The position numbers and the translations under genes are program-made. Shown here one piece after another: positions 12,212 to 29,862 of a stretch of 64,000 bases of DNA. The DNA is from Novakomyces olei (Eukaryota): contig JADEYG010000003.1 in NCBI GenBank assembly GCA_016906335.1, forward strand, positions 186,001-250,000, given 5' to 3'. Each line of letters begins with the position of its first letter. Positions within the stretch are counted from its first letter, which is position 1. Below the pieces are notes generated by a model. The model saw only the letters and a list, made by a program, of their open reading frames with translations. It was not told where the DNA came from and did no database searches.

Positions 12212-13961
12212 ATGGTCGTCTCGAATGAAGTGAATTTGAAACGCAGGAAACTCGAAAAGCACATTGATGTTAGCGCTATTGCGCAAAAAATTTTACATAG
12301 CTCTGAATCTTATGGCGAACTTACGACACTGTTAGAACTTTGCGAAGTAAGTTTTCAGGTTAAGATATTTTATCTGAGATTTATTTAGGGACTCGATGAG
12401 CGGGAAAGTTTAGAATCGATCAACGCGCTGTGCGCGGTTTTCAAGCATCTTTACAATAGCAAAGTTATTAGTTTCACGGCTCAAACAAACCTACCACCCA
12501 TGCAACTATGGCTGCGTCAAAGGTTTTCCGATTTTACACAAGTACTACTTCGAAACTTTAATGACGAGAATACGCAAAAGCGGGTACGAGCTCCTTTTTT
12601 TCCAATTTAATCGAGCGTTATTTGGAATGCTGTTGTGCAATCATTTGATTGCCAATCTTCTTCCTGTTTTACTTCATTCGAAATTATTATTTACTTCCTT
12701 CTACTTCATTACTAACCTTTGCAGCTCTTGTCCCAGCATTGTTATATGGTACTTTTAAGTGTAAACGGGCATACTCGTCAGATGGAATATTTAGTGGAAG
12801 CAATATTGGTCTCTGACAATATCGATACCAGTGAGCTTGAGTCTTTTTCACAGGACTATCTGGATAAATTTCAAGACTTTCGGACCGGGTTTTTCAAAGC
12901 AGCTGCCTCTTACATCGAGGGCAATAGTAGCAAAAAGACACCGAAAACGAAGACTCTCCAGCGCAATATAGTACAAATTTTGGTTGCTCATAATCCTGAA
13001 AGTGCCGCCAGTAGTTTGTTCTGGTCAGATTCTAATAAGGATAAAGCTCGCAAGCAACAGAGGAAGGCCTTTGAAGCTTGCTGGTTAGCAACGCTCAATC
13101 TTCCTCTTGGACAAAATCAGTATAAAAGTATTCTGAATGTCTTGCACAAAAGGGTCATTCCCTATTTGCAAAATCCTCAGACCCTTATGGATTTTCTGAC
13201 CGACTCGTATAATATTGGTATGTCTAGATCAAATCCGAATGCTGCTCAATTTTCTTTAACTATTATTATCATTAGATTCTACTCGTTAATTTTCAGTGTT
13301 CTCTGTTTTCAAGATTTTGCTCTGATTTACCATTGACTAATTTAAAGGCGGAATATACAGCATGTTGGCCCTGAATGGCGTATATGAATTAATTGTACTC
13401 AAAAATCTTGATTATCCCTTGTTTTATCCAAAGCTGTACGCACTCTTGGACTACGAGGTATTGTACTCCAAATACAAAAGCCGTTTTTTACGTCTGCTCG
13501 AATTGTTCCTAAGCAGTACGCATTTGTCGTCGAGTCTTGTGGCAAGCTTTGTCAAAAAACTGTCTGTTATTTCGATACGCGCCAGTCCGTCAGGAATCGT
13601 TTGCGTTATTCCTTTGATTTACAATCTTTTGAAACGTCACCCTTCATGCATGGTTCTTTTGCAAAGGCCCCAGGAAGGCTTTCAAGACAAATTCGATATT
13701 AATGAAAAAGATCCGGAAAAGACTCAAGCCTTATCCTCTAGTATCTGGGAGATTGTATCATGCACAGAACACTACCACGGAAGCGTAGCGGCAATAGCCA
13801 AGATATTCCAAGAACAATTTCATCGGGAGCGTTATGATCTTGAGCATTTTTTGAACCATAGTTATGGCACAATGCTGCAAGCTGAAATCAATCGCAAGCC
13901 TCCCAAGGAGGTGGCCGTCAATTTTAAGGACGAGAAGTTGTTTGGATTCATCGACGCATAA
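12212..13961 (+). CDS. NOC4: Nucleolar complex protein 4 (CBF/Mak21 domain)
   Basis: LMDFLTDSY, NLDYPLFYPKLYALL, FLSSTHL, SSSIWEI, HYH motifs. Four exons join in frame (introns ~12347-12388, ~12584-12724, ~13218-13346). Confidence 0.9.
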
Positions 13962-14432
13962 GGAAATCTAAAAGTGAGCTGAGACATGAGGGTAAACTTT
14001 AATTAAGTAGCCGTTCTCATTCGGTCTTTTTCTTTTGGAGCATTAGAAATTAGTTTATAATATATTACACTTTGCTATTGCAATTAGGCAAATATTGAAC
14101 GAAACTGTGCCTTCTCTAAAGTCTTCTTTGTCATGATTTGTATACAGATAGATTCATACCTAATTGTCACTCTTTTATTATCAACAAATCTAAAATTACA
14201 TTTTCCGTATAAGATTAGATGTCTCAGATTAAAATCTTTGCAAGTAATATTATTTGGTTCTCCAGTTTCAAACGCTTTTTTTCTCATTAGACTGATAATC
14301 TCCTAAATCGTTCTCCCATAGTCTTAGAGATTTTGCTTTAAATCATGAAAATAAAGAATTTTCAAACGGATCAAACGAGTATCGTATTGAATCTATTCCA
14401 TAATTGAGCATCTGGCAACACTGTGTTTCTAT

Positions 14433-15915
14433 TTAATCGGCTTTCAAACTCTCCCTATCCTTCTCAATTGCCTCTTCCAAGTCTCTAGAAGCCATGAATG
14501 ATTGGACTTTATCAAGCAACAAATCAAGACCTGGTCCGGCCATAATACCTTCCAGGTCGTGGGACGTGTAATTGCATCGATGATCAGTCACTCGATTTTG
14601 AGGGTAATTATACGTCCGTAACTTGTCAGACCGGTCAACTGAAGTCACTTGTGACCGTTTTGATTTTCTATCTTCTTCTGCCTGCTGATTTAGCCGGAAA
14701 GAATTGACACGGCCTTTGAGGATAAGAAGTGCTTTGGCTTTATTTTGGCCCTGAGTACGTTCGTCCTGCATGGATACTGTAATGCCAGTCGGTATGTGTT
14801 TTACTCGAACAGCAGTCTCCAATTTATTTACATTCTGGCCGCCAGGACCACTCGCCCTCATTGTTTCAAGATGGACTTGGCTCATATCCAGCTCATCACT
14901 GTTCGTAAGCTCGTTTTCCGGAATTTCTGCCAAAACTATAACGCTAGCTGTACTTGTGTGAATACGGCCTTTATTGTCTGTAGCCGGGTTACGTTGAACT
15001 CGATGAACACCGCCTTCTCCGCGTAATTTACCAAACGCTCCGCGTCCAACGACCGTAACAATTGCTTCTCCAATACCTCTTCCGCCTTCTAACCTTGTTA
15101 AAGACGCAATCCTTAATTTCCAGCCCATATGAGAAGCATAATTCTGGTACATTTCCAACAGATTGTCCGCAAATAAGGCGGCCTCATCTCCTCCTACTCC
15201 AGGCCGAATCTCTATGGTCGCAGGGTATTCGGCCAAAGGATGCTTTGGGACAAGCGCCAGGCTCAATTGCGCGGAAAGAGATTTTAACTCCTGTTCTATC
15301 ATGGGATAATCTGCCTCTGCCAGTGAACGGATCTCTGCATCTGTAGATCTACACAAGTCGGACAGTTCCTCCAATTCCTGAGATTAGCTTAGAGCTGATT
15401 TGACGCAGGCAGCCAATATAAATTAAGAAGAGGAATAAGTAGGTACTTGGAGAAACACAGAAAATCAAATCAAAAATCAAATTTATACTAGATTTAATAT
15501 AAACTAGAATAACCAATAAACCAAATTTTCAGCCTTGTCGTCTTGCCATTGTGTATGCGACCCACCTTTTCCTTGGCCAGGAAAGAATCATATAATTCTG
15601 TGACTGGAACAAGATCGAACAAACTTTTTTGCCGTTCAGCGGAAAAAGAAGGGACCTTGCAGTTAGCACAAACTTAACCAGTAAACGCACTTTAGAAGAA
15701 CTGTCAACCAATTGCTCTGTTTTCAATTTCAATGCAGTCGCACGTGTTCGCAATGCCGGTGGCAGGTACTCTTGCTTGTTCATTTGCAGAGCGTCAACCG
15801 AATACATTTGCCTCGAATTTTGCTGCAGTACACCGAAAGACTGACCTCTAAACTGCGGCAGAAACTGCCGCCGCACTGATGCGACAATGTGCTGCCGACA
15901 TTGGAAGCAAAGCAT
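14433..15915 (-). CDS. MRF1: Mitochondrial peptide chain release factor 1
   Basis: EIRPGVGGDEAALF, VHRVQRNPAT (PxT), GRIHTST, GPGGQNVN (GGQ), RTYNYPQNRVTDHR. Basic N-terminal presequence; two introns. Confidence 0.93.
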
Positions 15916-16807
15916 CCGGAAACACGCGCGATCCTTGACTCGACAAGTTTAGCGTATCAAAAGCATCAATAAAAAAGCACTAAAAATATAATGCTCTTGC
16001 AAATAATTAATTAATTACGGCTGTATAGCGTAGATTTGTCAGTGTATTAATTATACACGTAAATTATAATATAATTGTAAAACTAAAATTAAAATAAAAT
16101 TATAATTATAATGAAATTAAAATTATAGTGAAATTAAAATTGTCGTAAAACTTAACTATACTCTAAATTACAGTATAAATTATATACCGCTTCACCGCGA
16201 ATATCCTCTGGACCATAAATGCAGCAGATAAAAGCAGCAGTATATCCAACCACTCTACTGCGTCATCTAACCAGCCAAATCCTTTCAGCTTCAAAGTTTA
16301 TAATAATTGCGCAAGAAAATAAATCAAAGAGCAGCCATAATCTCACAGAGCCGTGGGTCGGTCGTTTGCGATAAATTTTGTTCGATCCAGAACAGACGCA
16401 GAGTCTCCGCACCTCCGAGCACTCTACGCCCCCTACCGGACTCACGACTGGACCGTCCTTTCACGTTTATACGGCTTCCCAGCTTCTTTCTGTGTCGGCC
16501 TGTTTCCTTGTTTAATAATACTCGCCTTTAGCTTCGATCAGGTCTTAGAACGGGTCCCATCCTTCGATCCATCCTTCGATCCATCCTTCGATCCACGGCA
16601 GCCGTCGGCACCGAGCAGAGTCGTGGGTGCCCTCTCTCCTATTTCTTTTGTGTTTTTCATTGTTTTCTATTCCGTTGCTTTACTCGTACCGGGACTCTAG
16701 TAGTTTGCAATTCATATGCCTTGCGCACCGTCGTAATACCTGGCGTTCAGACCGCGCGAGTGAATACCATCTTTTCAGCACATCCGCACGCTTAAAGGTA
16801 GTAGATA

Positions 16808-19800
16808 ATGAAGAAACAGTGAGAGGACAAGATAAATAAAGGCAAATATTCATAGAAAAGAAAGAAAAGAAAAAAAGAAAAAAAAAAAGAAGAAAAGTAC
16901 AGCGAGGCCACATTTCCGTCCGCCACCCTTGTTCTCTCACAGCGGCGGCTGTTTGTTGCTCGTGAACTGAAAGCATATTTCTGCGCTGCGAGTGAGCAGT
17001 GAGCTTGGGCGGATGGCGATGTGGCAAAAGGCCTTTTGAAATTTACTATTTGCTAAATATTAAGGTTGCATGCGGCACAGCAATCCGTAATGGATAAGCT
17101 CGGGAACGCTGATCGAGTCGCGAAGCGGGACCCATCAGACGCTGACGGCTTTGAACGCTTAAACTGGGGACGCGAAACGCGGGTGAAATCGGAACCGAAT
17201 GATTTTGAAAATGAAGTAATCATTTTAAACAGCGATAGTGATGATGATGATGATAATGATGGAGGCGATGGCAATGGCAATGGCGAAATTCAGGCAGACG
17301 ACGATAGCGGAACAGCTGTCAAAACCGAACAGCCAATCAAGCCAGAACTCGTAACGGATTCTCTTCTGTCCCCTGGTGCGGCAGACAATTTCAATATTGT
17401 TATTTCACACGAAGAGCAGATTGGAAAAAAGAAGAAAATTATGCGGCCCCGAGCGATTCGGAGGGTACAAAGAGCTGACGATGTCGATTTTCCATCTGCA
17501 AAGAGAGTCAAAGTAGAGCCACATGAAAATGCCCTTGAGACCGCCTTCACTGAACAATCCAGCTCGGCTGGCCGAGCAGAAGCGAATGGTTCGGAAACGG
17601 AGCCTGATGCAAATGGCCATTCTAATCAAAGAGGTTCTACTACAGAACCCGGCCCATCTGGATCAAACGAGGCTATTCATAGTCTAGTCCCAAATCCTCC
17701 TGCCGCTGCTCAAGCGGAGGCACGGGTCAAGGTAGAAGAAGGTGCAGTCAACGTGCCCAGGGCAGAGCAGTCAGTGGCAGAAAAGCCTCGCGTAAAAGAG
17801 ACGGCAGCACAATCTACGGAAAGTTCTATTCAGCCTACAGAGCCTGACACAAAACCGTCATTACTACAGATTACAGAGGGCGAGGAGGAAACAAAGGCCT
17901 TATTGGCCGATCTTAAACACTGTGTGGATCCGTATAATACGGAACAAGATCCGAAACGATGTGCTCTAATAGCGTACGATGTATATCGCAAAGCAAAATC
18001 GGGCAGTCAAAGGGCAGTTTTATTAAGGTATTTATCGCAAAACATGGACGAACGGCTGGCGGCTTTTATAATCTGTGTGGACAAGTTTTTAGCCGCTGTC
18101 CGGCAGTTGTTATTCAACGCCTTCAAAAACAGCGATATGGAGACGGCGGCAATTTGTATAGAATTTGTAAGCAAACTAGTTATTGGGCCAAACACAATGG
18201 CTCGATTGAAATTTGGCAAGTTGCTCAGTAAAGCGTGTGCCAAATTTTCTGGGGATGCCAGAGTCCAAGCAGCCCGGAAAAAGCTCCAGCCCAAGATTGC
18301 AACAGCAGTAACACTGGAAAGCCAGGGCTCTGCTGATGAAAAGGATATGAGAGCCGAGCAAGACGCGGCAATGAAAGCGGTTAGAAGGCAATTGCCTTCC
18401 TCCTCATCAAGTGCCAATCAGTCTGCGGCACCTGTGAAGGTTGAGAATAGCGATGAGCATGGTCGTGTTCCTCCCGCCGTTGGAAAAGCAGCAAAACTGC
18501 CTCGGCCAGCTCATCAACCAAGGCCTCTTTTACCACAGTCGCATTCACAGCAAACTCCATCGAGTGCACAAAAACCGAGCTCTGAATCAGTGTCTGGAGG
18601 CTCTTCTCTCTTTCGCGGAGCCGGCTCTTTGGTCAGTAAACCAATACCCAAGGTTTCTTCGTCTAAACAGCCGTCGGCTAATCGGCCCTCGGCTCCAGAG
18701 ACAACGAGCTTTTTGGACATGCTTCCAGTCACTCAGTCACAGAAGCCAGAGACCTCTGTCCTGGACGTGGTCGATTCATCATCGGCTGCCTCCCGGAAGG
18801 CTAAAGGGAAAAAGCTAAAGTCTGTCTCTTTCAAACCCGACAACGAACTGGTTGCAGTCCGCTGGATTGAGTCGCGATCAAGCAGCGCTGGAGACGGAGC
18901 AGGAGCCTTTGGATTCGAAGCACAAGCAGACAATGGCAGTTTAGAAGCAAGTTCATTAGGAGACAAGGAGGGAATTATCCCACATGAGATTGGCAACGCT
19001 CGTGATCTGGATAAACAGGAAGCACGGTTCGCTCTTGGCCGAGGAAGAGAATTGCAGCGTGAGGAAGATGCTGGCGATGGAGAAGAGGCAGCTACGGCAT
19101 CTTCTAGCACCTCTTCCTCTTTGCAGACCGATTTCTCTGCTAATCCTTTTGCGCAGACACTCGAGCCTCATAGTGAGGGGGAAAGCACACAATCTGAGCC
19201 CGCCCATAAACCCAAATCTGGGCCTCAAGGTTCGGGGATCACGTTTGAACTGAAGCCGCTTGACTTCTCTGCCTTTGCGAGTGACAACTCGAAGGGATTC
19301 AAGCGAGGTGGGCCTATACCAAGCGATTCGGAGGATGCTAGAGCTCAGGGCAAAAGGCAGAAATCTACTCTGATGGTAGCATTTTCTACAGACAAAACCG
19401 TACTGCCTCCCTCACCGAATGAAGGCAATTTGCCGCCTGCTGTCGGTGAAGGTGAGGATACCAAGCCCACAGCGATCCCATTACCAGAGGAGATTGTTAA
19501 TGCTCTGCAAAAGGCAGAGCCCTTGCAAGCTCGGGTGCAAAATATAATTAATGGGACACAAAACAATGGAGAGGAAAGGAAGCCAATGAAAAAATTACAG
19601 GAAAACGTTTTGGCTATAATTAACGGGTTGGGTCAGGAGTCACGCGAAAGTGATACCATATTGTCTGCAATGCCTTTTATACAGCAGCCTCAGCAACCGA
19701 ATGAGCCGCAAAATCAGCAAATCAATGGTTTAAATTTGAATCGAAATAAGAATATAAATCAATTCCCGACGCGGCAAGTACTGCAAACTGCTCAGCAAAA

Positions 19801-20305
19801 GGCGAATCAAAATTCGCAGCCAGTTTCTCTTGATGCCATTTCGTCTATAATACAAACACTAAACTCACAAAATACTTCGGGCGGTGTCCTTCCAGGCAAT
19901 TGGGGGACAGTTTACGGTGCCGTTATGCAGGACACTTATCGCAGTGGCTCCCCTACAGCGCCAAACCCAAAGTCGGGCTCTGGACCAAAGTCTGATTCTG
20001 AAATGAAGCGAATGGACGTGCGTGGTTTTACCTCGCGCAGGGTTCCGTGTCATCATTATGTAAGAGTAATAGAACTTGTGTTTACTATTGTTTTTGTTTT
20101 TGTCAATGTTTTTTGTCAATGTTTTGTTTTCAAAAATTTTTTTTTTTAATTATTTTGTTATTAATTAATTTTTTCTAATTAATTTTTTTTTTCAGTCTCT
20201 GTTTTTCCTAGTTTAATCTTTTTATCAGACATATCGCTAACTTTACAGGGAAAAGGACATTGCAAAAGGGGCGATACTTGTACATTCCTGCACGAAAAGC
20301 ATTAA
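16808..20305 (+). CDS. PNUTS/Ppn1/Ref2-like PP1 regulatory subunit with C-terminal CCCH zinc finger
   Basis: KSVSFKPDNELVAVRWIE (RVxF plus downstream hydrophobic pair) and an S.E..Q..R...L...PPSP.E segment. Intron 20060-20248 creates CHHYGKGHCKRGDTCTFLH. Start is either the micro-exon at 16808 (intron 16819-17064, in frame) or ATG 17090. Confidence 0.7.
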
Positions 20306-20715
20306 GTATATAGCACTGTATGAAGCATTTTAGTATGAATCAGAATCGTAGGATATTTCAGTGTATACGTTATACGTATTGTATCTCGCAATAGTTTAGA
20401 TATGTAAACAAACATATTAGAAAAGTCGATTTATTTGTACGATACATTTATGTAGGATATGCAGGATATGCAGGATATATAGGATATTTCGGAGGGTATA
20501 TAGTATCGATATGTACGATATTTGTGTGTGATATACGATATATATGATAGGCCGTCATAATAAGATTAGTAAGGCCTTAATCATACATATACGTGATACG
20601 GTGGACTCCTGGCTCAGGAACGGCAAACAATGTCTGATCTATAGCGCAGTGATCCGTCATTTGTCGTGGGCAGAGCTGCGGGTGCGTGTAAATACTGACT
20701 TTTACCTGTCAGGTT

Positions 20716-26355
<5,640 letters not shown>

Positions 26356-26887
26356 AAGAAACGGATCAGGAAACTGCGTCTGCGTCAGGCCTTGACATAT
26401 TCGTTGTACGTGTAATGAAAATATATACAATTCTTGTTTTTATTTTTTGTTTTCGGTTGTTAAAAAAAGGATATTTTCCTGTTTATGAGGCGGCTCACGT
26501 ACATGCTTTGTTTTGAATGATATGCATATTTATTATTTTTGAAAAAGCCGGTGAATAAGGGCGTGATGAATACGTTTAGAGGTCAAGTGAATTTTTATGT
26601 TTAGAGTCTGATCCTGCCAATGGAAGTCATGAATTCTCGATTTGTGACATGACAAATATTGTACATTTAATGATAATATATGATGGCATACATAAACAAC
26701 TTTTAAGATGTTGCTAAATTCAGTCGCTATACTACTGTAGTAATTATTTTATTACCCCTGATAAGAACTCCATTCATAATGCTAATTGGCAAAAGGTAAT
26801 ATAAAGATTTAAAACCCTAATCCTGGCCCTAATTTTATCAAAATTAATTGGATTTAGTATTTCCATACAATAATTTAATGCCTTCAC

Positions 26888-28487
26888 TCATGTGATCACT
26901 GCCCCACCGAGACAAAAGTCGTCCTTATAAACAACGACAGTCTGTCCCGGAGCCATCGCTCTCTGAGCATTTGCAAATTCAATCGTCCCACTGGACTCTG
27001 TGTCTTTTCCCATATGAAACGTGCAGGCAGCCGGTTGAACACGAGGATGAATCTGGGCCGTTAACCCTGATATTTCGTCCAGACGAGTATATTCCTTGTG
27101 GAACGGGATCCAGTCTTTAAATTTCAAGGTCCTCCCATACAAAAGAGGGTTATTATTTCCACAACAGATCCATATCTCATTCAGCTCTGGACGTTTTGCC
27201 ATAACGTACCATTTTCCTCGAGGAGGGTTTCGACCGGGAAAAGTGAAACGAGATCTTTCGCCTATAGTAACTGACCACATTGCTCTGTCTGCAGGATATT
27301 CGCCCACAATTTTATCGTCTGGCATAGCTCTGATCCGGATGGGAGCTCGACTGGTATTGCTCAAGTAGGCAGAGAGAAAATTACTAAAATGTCTTTGCTT
27401 GTCCCCGACAAAACACAGACCCATTGATTCGGGACGACTTAAAACATGATCCATTAGGCCCGATTTTAGAGCAATTTCCTTAACCATATTTTTATCGACA
27501 TCCCCGAGTGGGAACAGACTGTGCGACAGAGCACGAGCCGTAACTGTGCTTAGAAAAAACGACTGATCTTTTTCCTTGTCGACGCCGCGAAGCAGTGCAA
27601 TTTGACCAGAAAGCGATTTGGTACGCGCATAATGCCCCGTCGCAAGCCACACTTTACCCTTTTTAGGGTTAACATTTTCAAAATTTGGTCTATTGTGAAT
27701 TTCATTCCCTGTTTCTGCCTTGGTCGCCGATGGCACAATCGCTTCTAGACTTTGTCCGTCCGCTTTGAAAGACCCTAACCCTAAATCTTCTGATTCAGAA
27801 TTTGCCTGCTTGACAGAATTCTGAGCGTTTTCCAGCTCGAATACTGAATCAAACAATTTCCCAAATTTGATTTTTCTATTGCATAAAACATCAGGATTCG
27901 GAGTTTGACCTTGCGCGTACACACTCAACGCCGGCTCGAAAACAAGCGACCAATAATCCTTTTCGAAATTGACTCGTGTACAGGGTATTTGTAGCGCTAA
28001 ACACGTCTTTTGTACGTCCTTCCAGTCGGCCTCAGCCGTACATCCGCCAGGCGATGTTTCATCATCCACCCAGTTTCGCATGAAGACTCCGTGGACATTG
28101 ATACCCTGTCGTTAGCCTCGGAAAGAAATTACAACAACCTGAAAATAAATTAAAATGGTAAATTAAAATGTTAATAAACAAAAATAAAAAACAAATAAAG
28201 GAGACTTCCAACCTGTTGTTTCAATAAGAGCGCTACCACCGACGAGTCCACACCGCCCGACATTGCTACATAGACTGCTGCTTAGAAGAGATAACTAAAT
28301 CGAAGCACTTACCCTTATCATTTTCTCCAGGACGAATTGGCTCGTAACTGTTTGGGTCGAAAAGCGCCGAGTTCGCCGTAGCATATTGCCTATACAAACC
28401 ATAGCATTTACGCTTCAGCGAGCCCAATCGGGCCGCCGTCAAGGCTGAACGTAGTGCAGCCACAAGCGCTAATAATACGAGTCGCAA
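26888..28487 (-). CDS. SLM3: Mitochondrial tRNA 2-thiouridylase (MnmA family); start codon uncertain
   Basis: Spliced DKVYVAMSGGVDSS (PP-loop), FMRNW, TPNPDVLCNRKIKFG, LATGHYAR, KDQSFFL, ESMGLCFVG, APGQ. Introns 28312-28275 and 28212-28106. Confidence 0.9.
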
Positions 28488-28737
28488 AAGACAGCGATAT
28501 TTGTTAATGCCTAGAATATTTATACAAAGTTTTATTTATTTTTAATTTATTGTTGTAATTATTTTTTTGTAATTAGCAATTTATTGTTGTAATTATTTTT
28601 TTGTAATTAGCAATTTATTGTTGGAATAATCTCCATCAATATCTGCTTTTTATATAAATTGAATTATAACTATATTTTACGCATAATATATATTCATACC
28701 CACGTCCAGCGCATCCCTCCACATCACAGTTGACTAA

Positions 28738-29564
28738 ATGTGGCGAGCAATTGCACTTTTCTTATCCTTATTTTCTCTCGCTCAAGCTTTACGCTTCGAG
28801 CTGGAAGCCCAACCGGCCGATCGCATTAAGCCGCGATGCATTCGTAATTTCGTGGGACCCGATACGCTTGTTGTTATCACGCTGAAGCTGGACGAGAAAC
28901 GCGATGGACAAATCGTGGACGTAACGGTACGTTCGCGGAAAATCGAATAAACTCTAACTTTACAGATCTGGGACACCCACGGGAACAATTACAACAATCT
29001 ACGCGAGTAAGCTTTAGCGCTGGAATTTTGGTTTTATTAGTTCTTTCTGTTCAAATGATTTTTTAATTTTTTACCTTGTTATCTTTTTTATCTTTTTTAT
29101 TCTTTTTTTTTTGTTTTTGGTTTTTTTCGTTTTTGGTTTTCGTAATTTTTAACTTTTTTAGCGTTCATGGCGAAAAAAAAGTATTGTTTAATGTGGCACA
29201 TGCGACGGCTATTGATGTCTGTTTTACGAACAGGCTGGACGGTGCACACAGTGGAAAAGCTGCGCGTCTAGTCGATCTTGATATGGATATCGGAGTCGAT
29301 GCAATTGACTATAGTGCAATACAGCAGACGGAATCATTGCAGCCTGTCGAATTGGAACTGCGAAAAATCACGGATTTAACACAAGAAGTGGTGGATACAC
29401 TTTCGTATTTGCGGACCCGAGAGCAGATGATGCGCGACACAAACGAAAGTACGAATGAACGCGTGAAATACTTTGCAATTCTGAGCTCGTGTGTGCTTAT
29501 AAGTCTGGGAGTATGGCAAAGCTGGTACATGCGTAATTTTTTCCAGCGCAAAGGAATGATTTAG
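28738..29564 (+). CDS. ERV25: p24 family cargo receptor (delta/Erv25)
   Basis: Signal peptide, GOLD (CIRNFV), MRDTNESTNERV, TM helix, WQ..YMRNFFQRKGMI tail. Two introns with a ~40-nt middle exon. Confidence 0.92.
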
Positions 29565-29862
29565 GCGAGGAAATTTCGAACATTGTCATTACGTGCATAC
29601 GTATAATGAAAGGGCTTCAAATATTGACTTGAGACTTGTAACTAAACGGCATCATGTATAGGCATAAATGATTACATTCAACGCAGTACTAAGATAGCTG
29701 TAATTTTTATGAAGACATTAATAAAAAATGGTATTTGTTATTTGCCATTGCCAGCTAGCGAACCGCATCTCTAATCATCAAATCAATGAACAAATCAATT
29801 TATTATTAAATATATTTATTTATTTATATTTATTTATATTTATAGATTAAGCAATTAATAAT

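Noticed and set aside
26560..26618. C/D snoRNA-like GTGATGA...CTGA (similar pair at 56953-57040)
   Set aside because: The first is short (~50 nt). I found no convincing C'/D' boxes or rRNA-complementary guide in either; an Rfam or snoscan hit would be needed.
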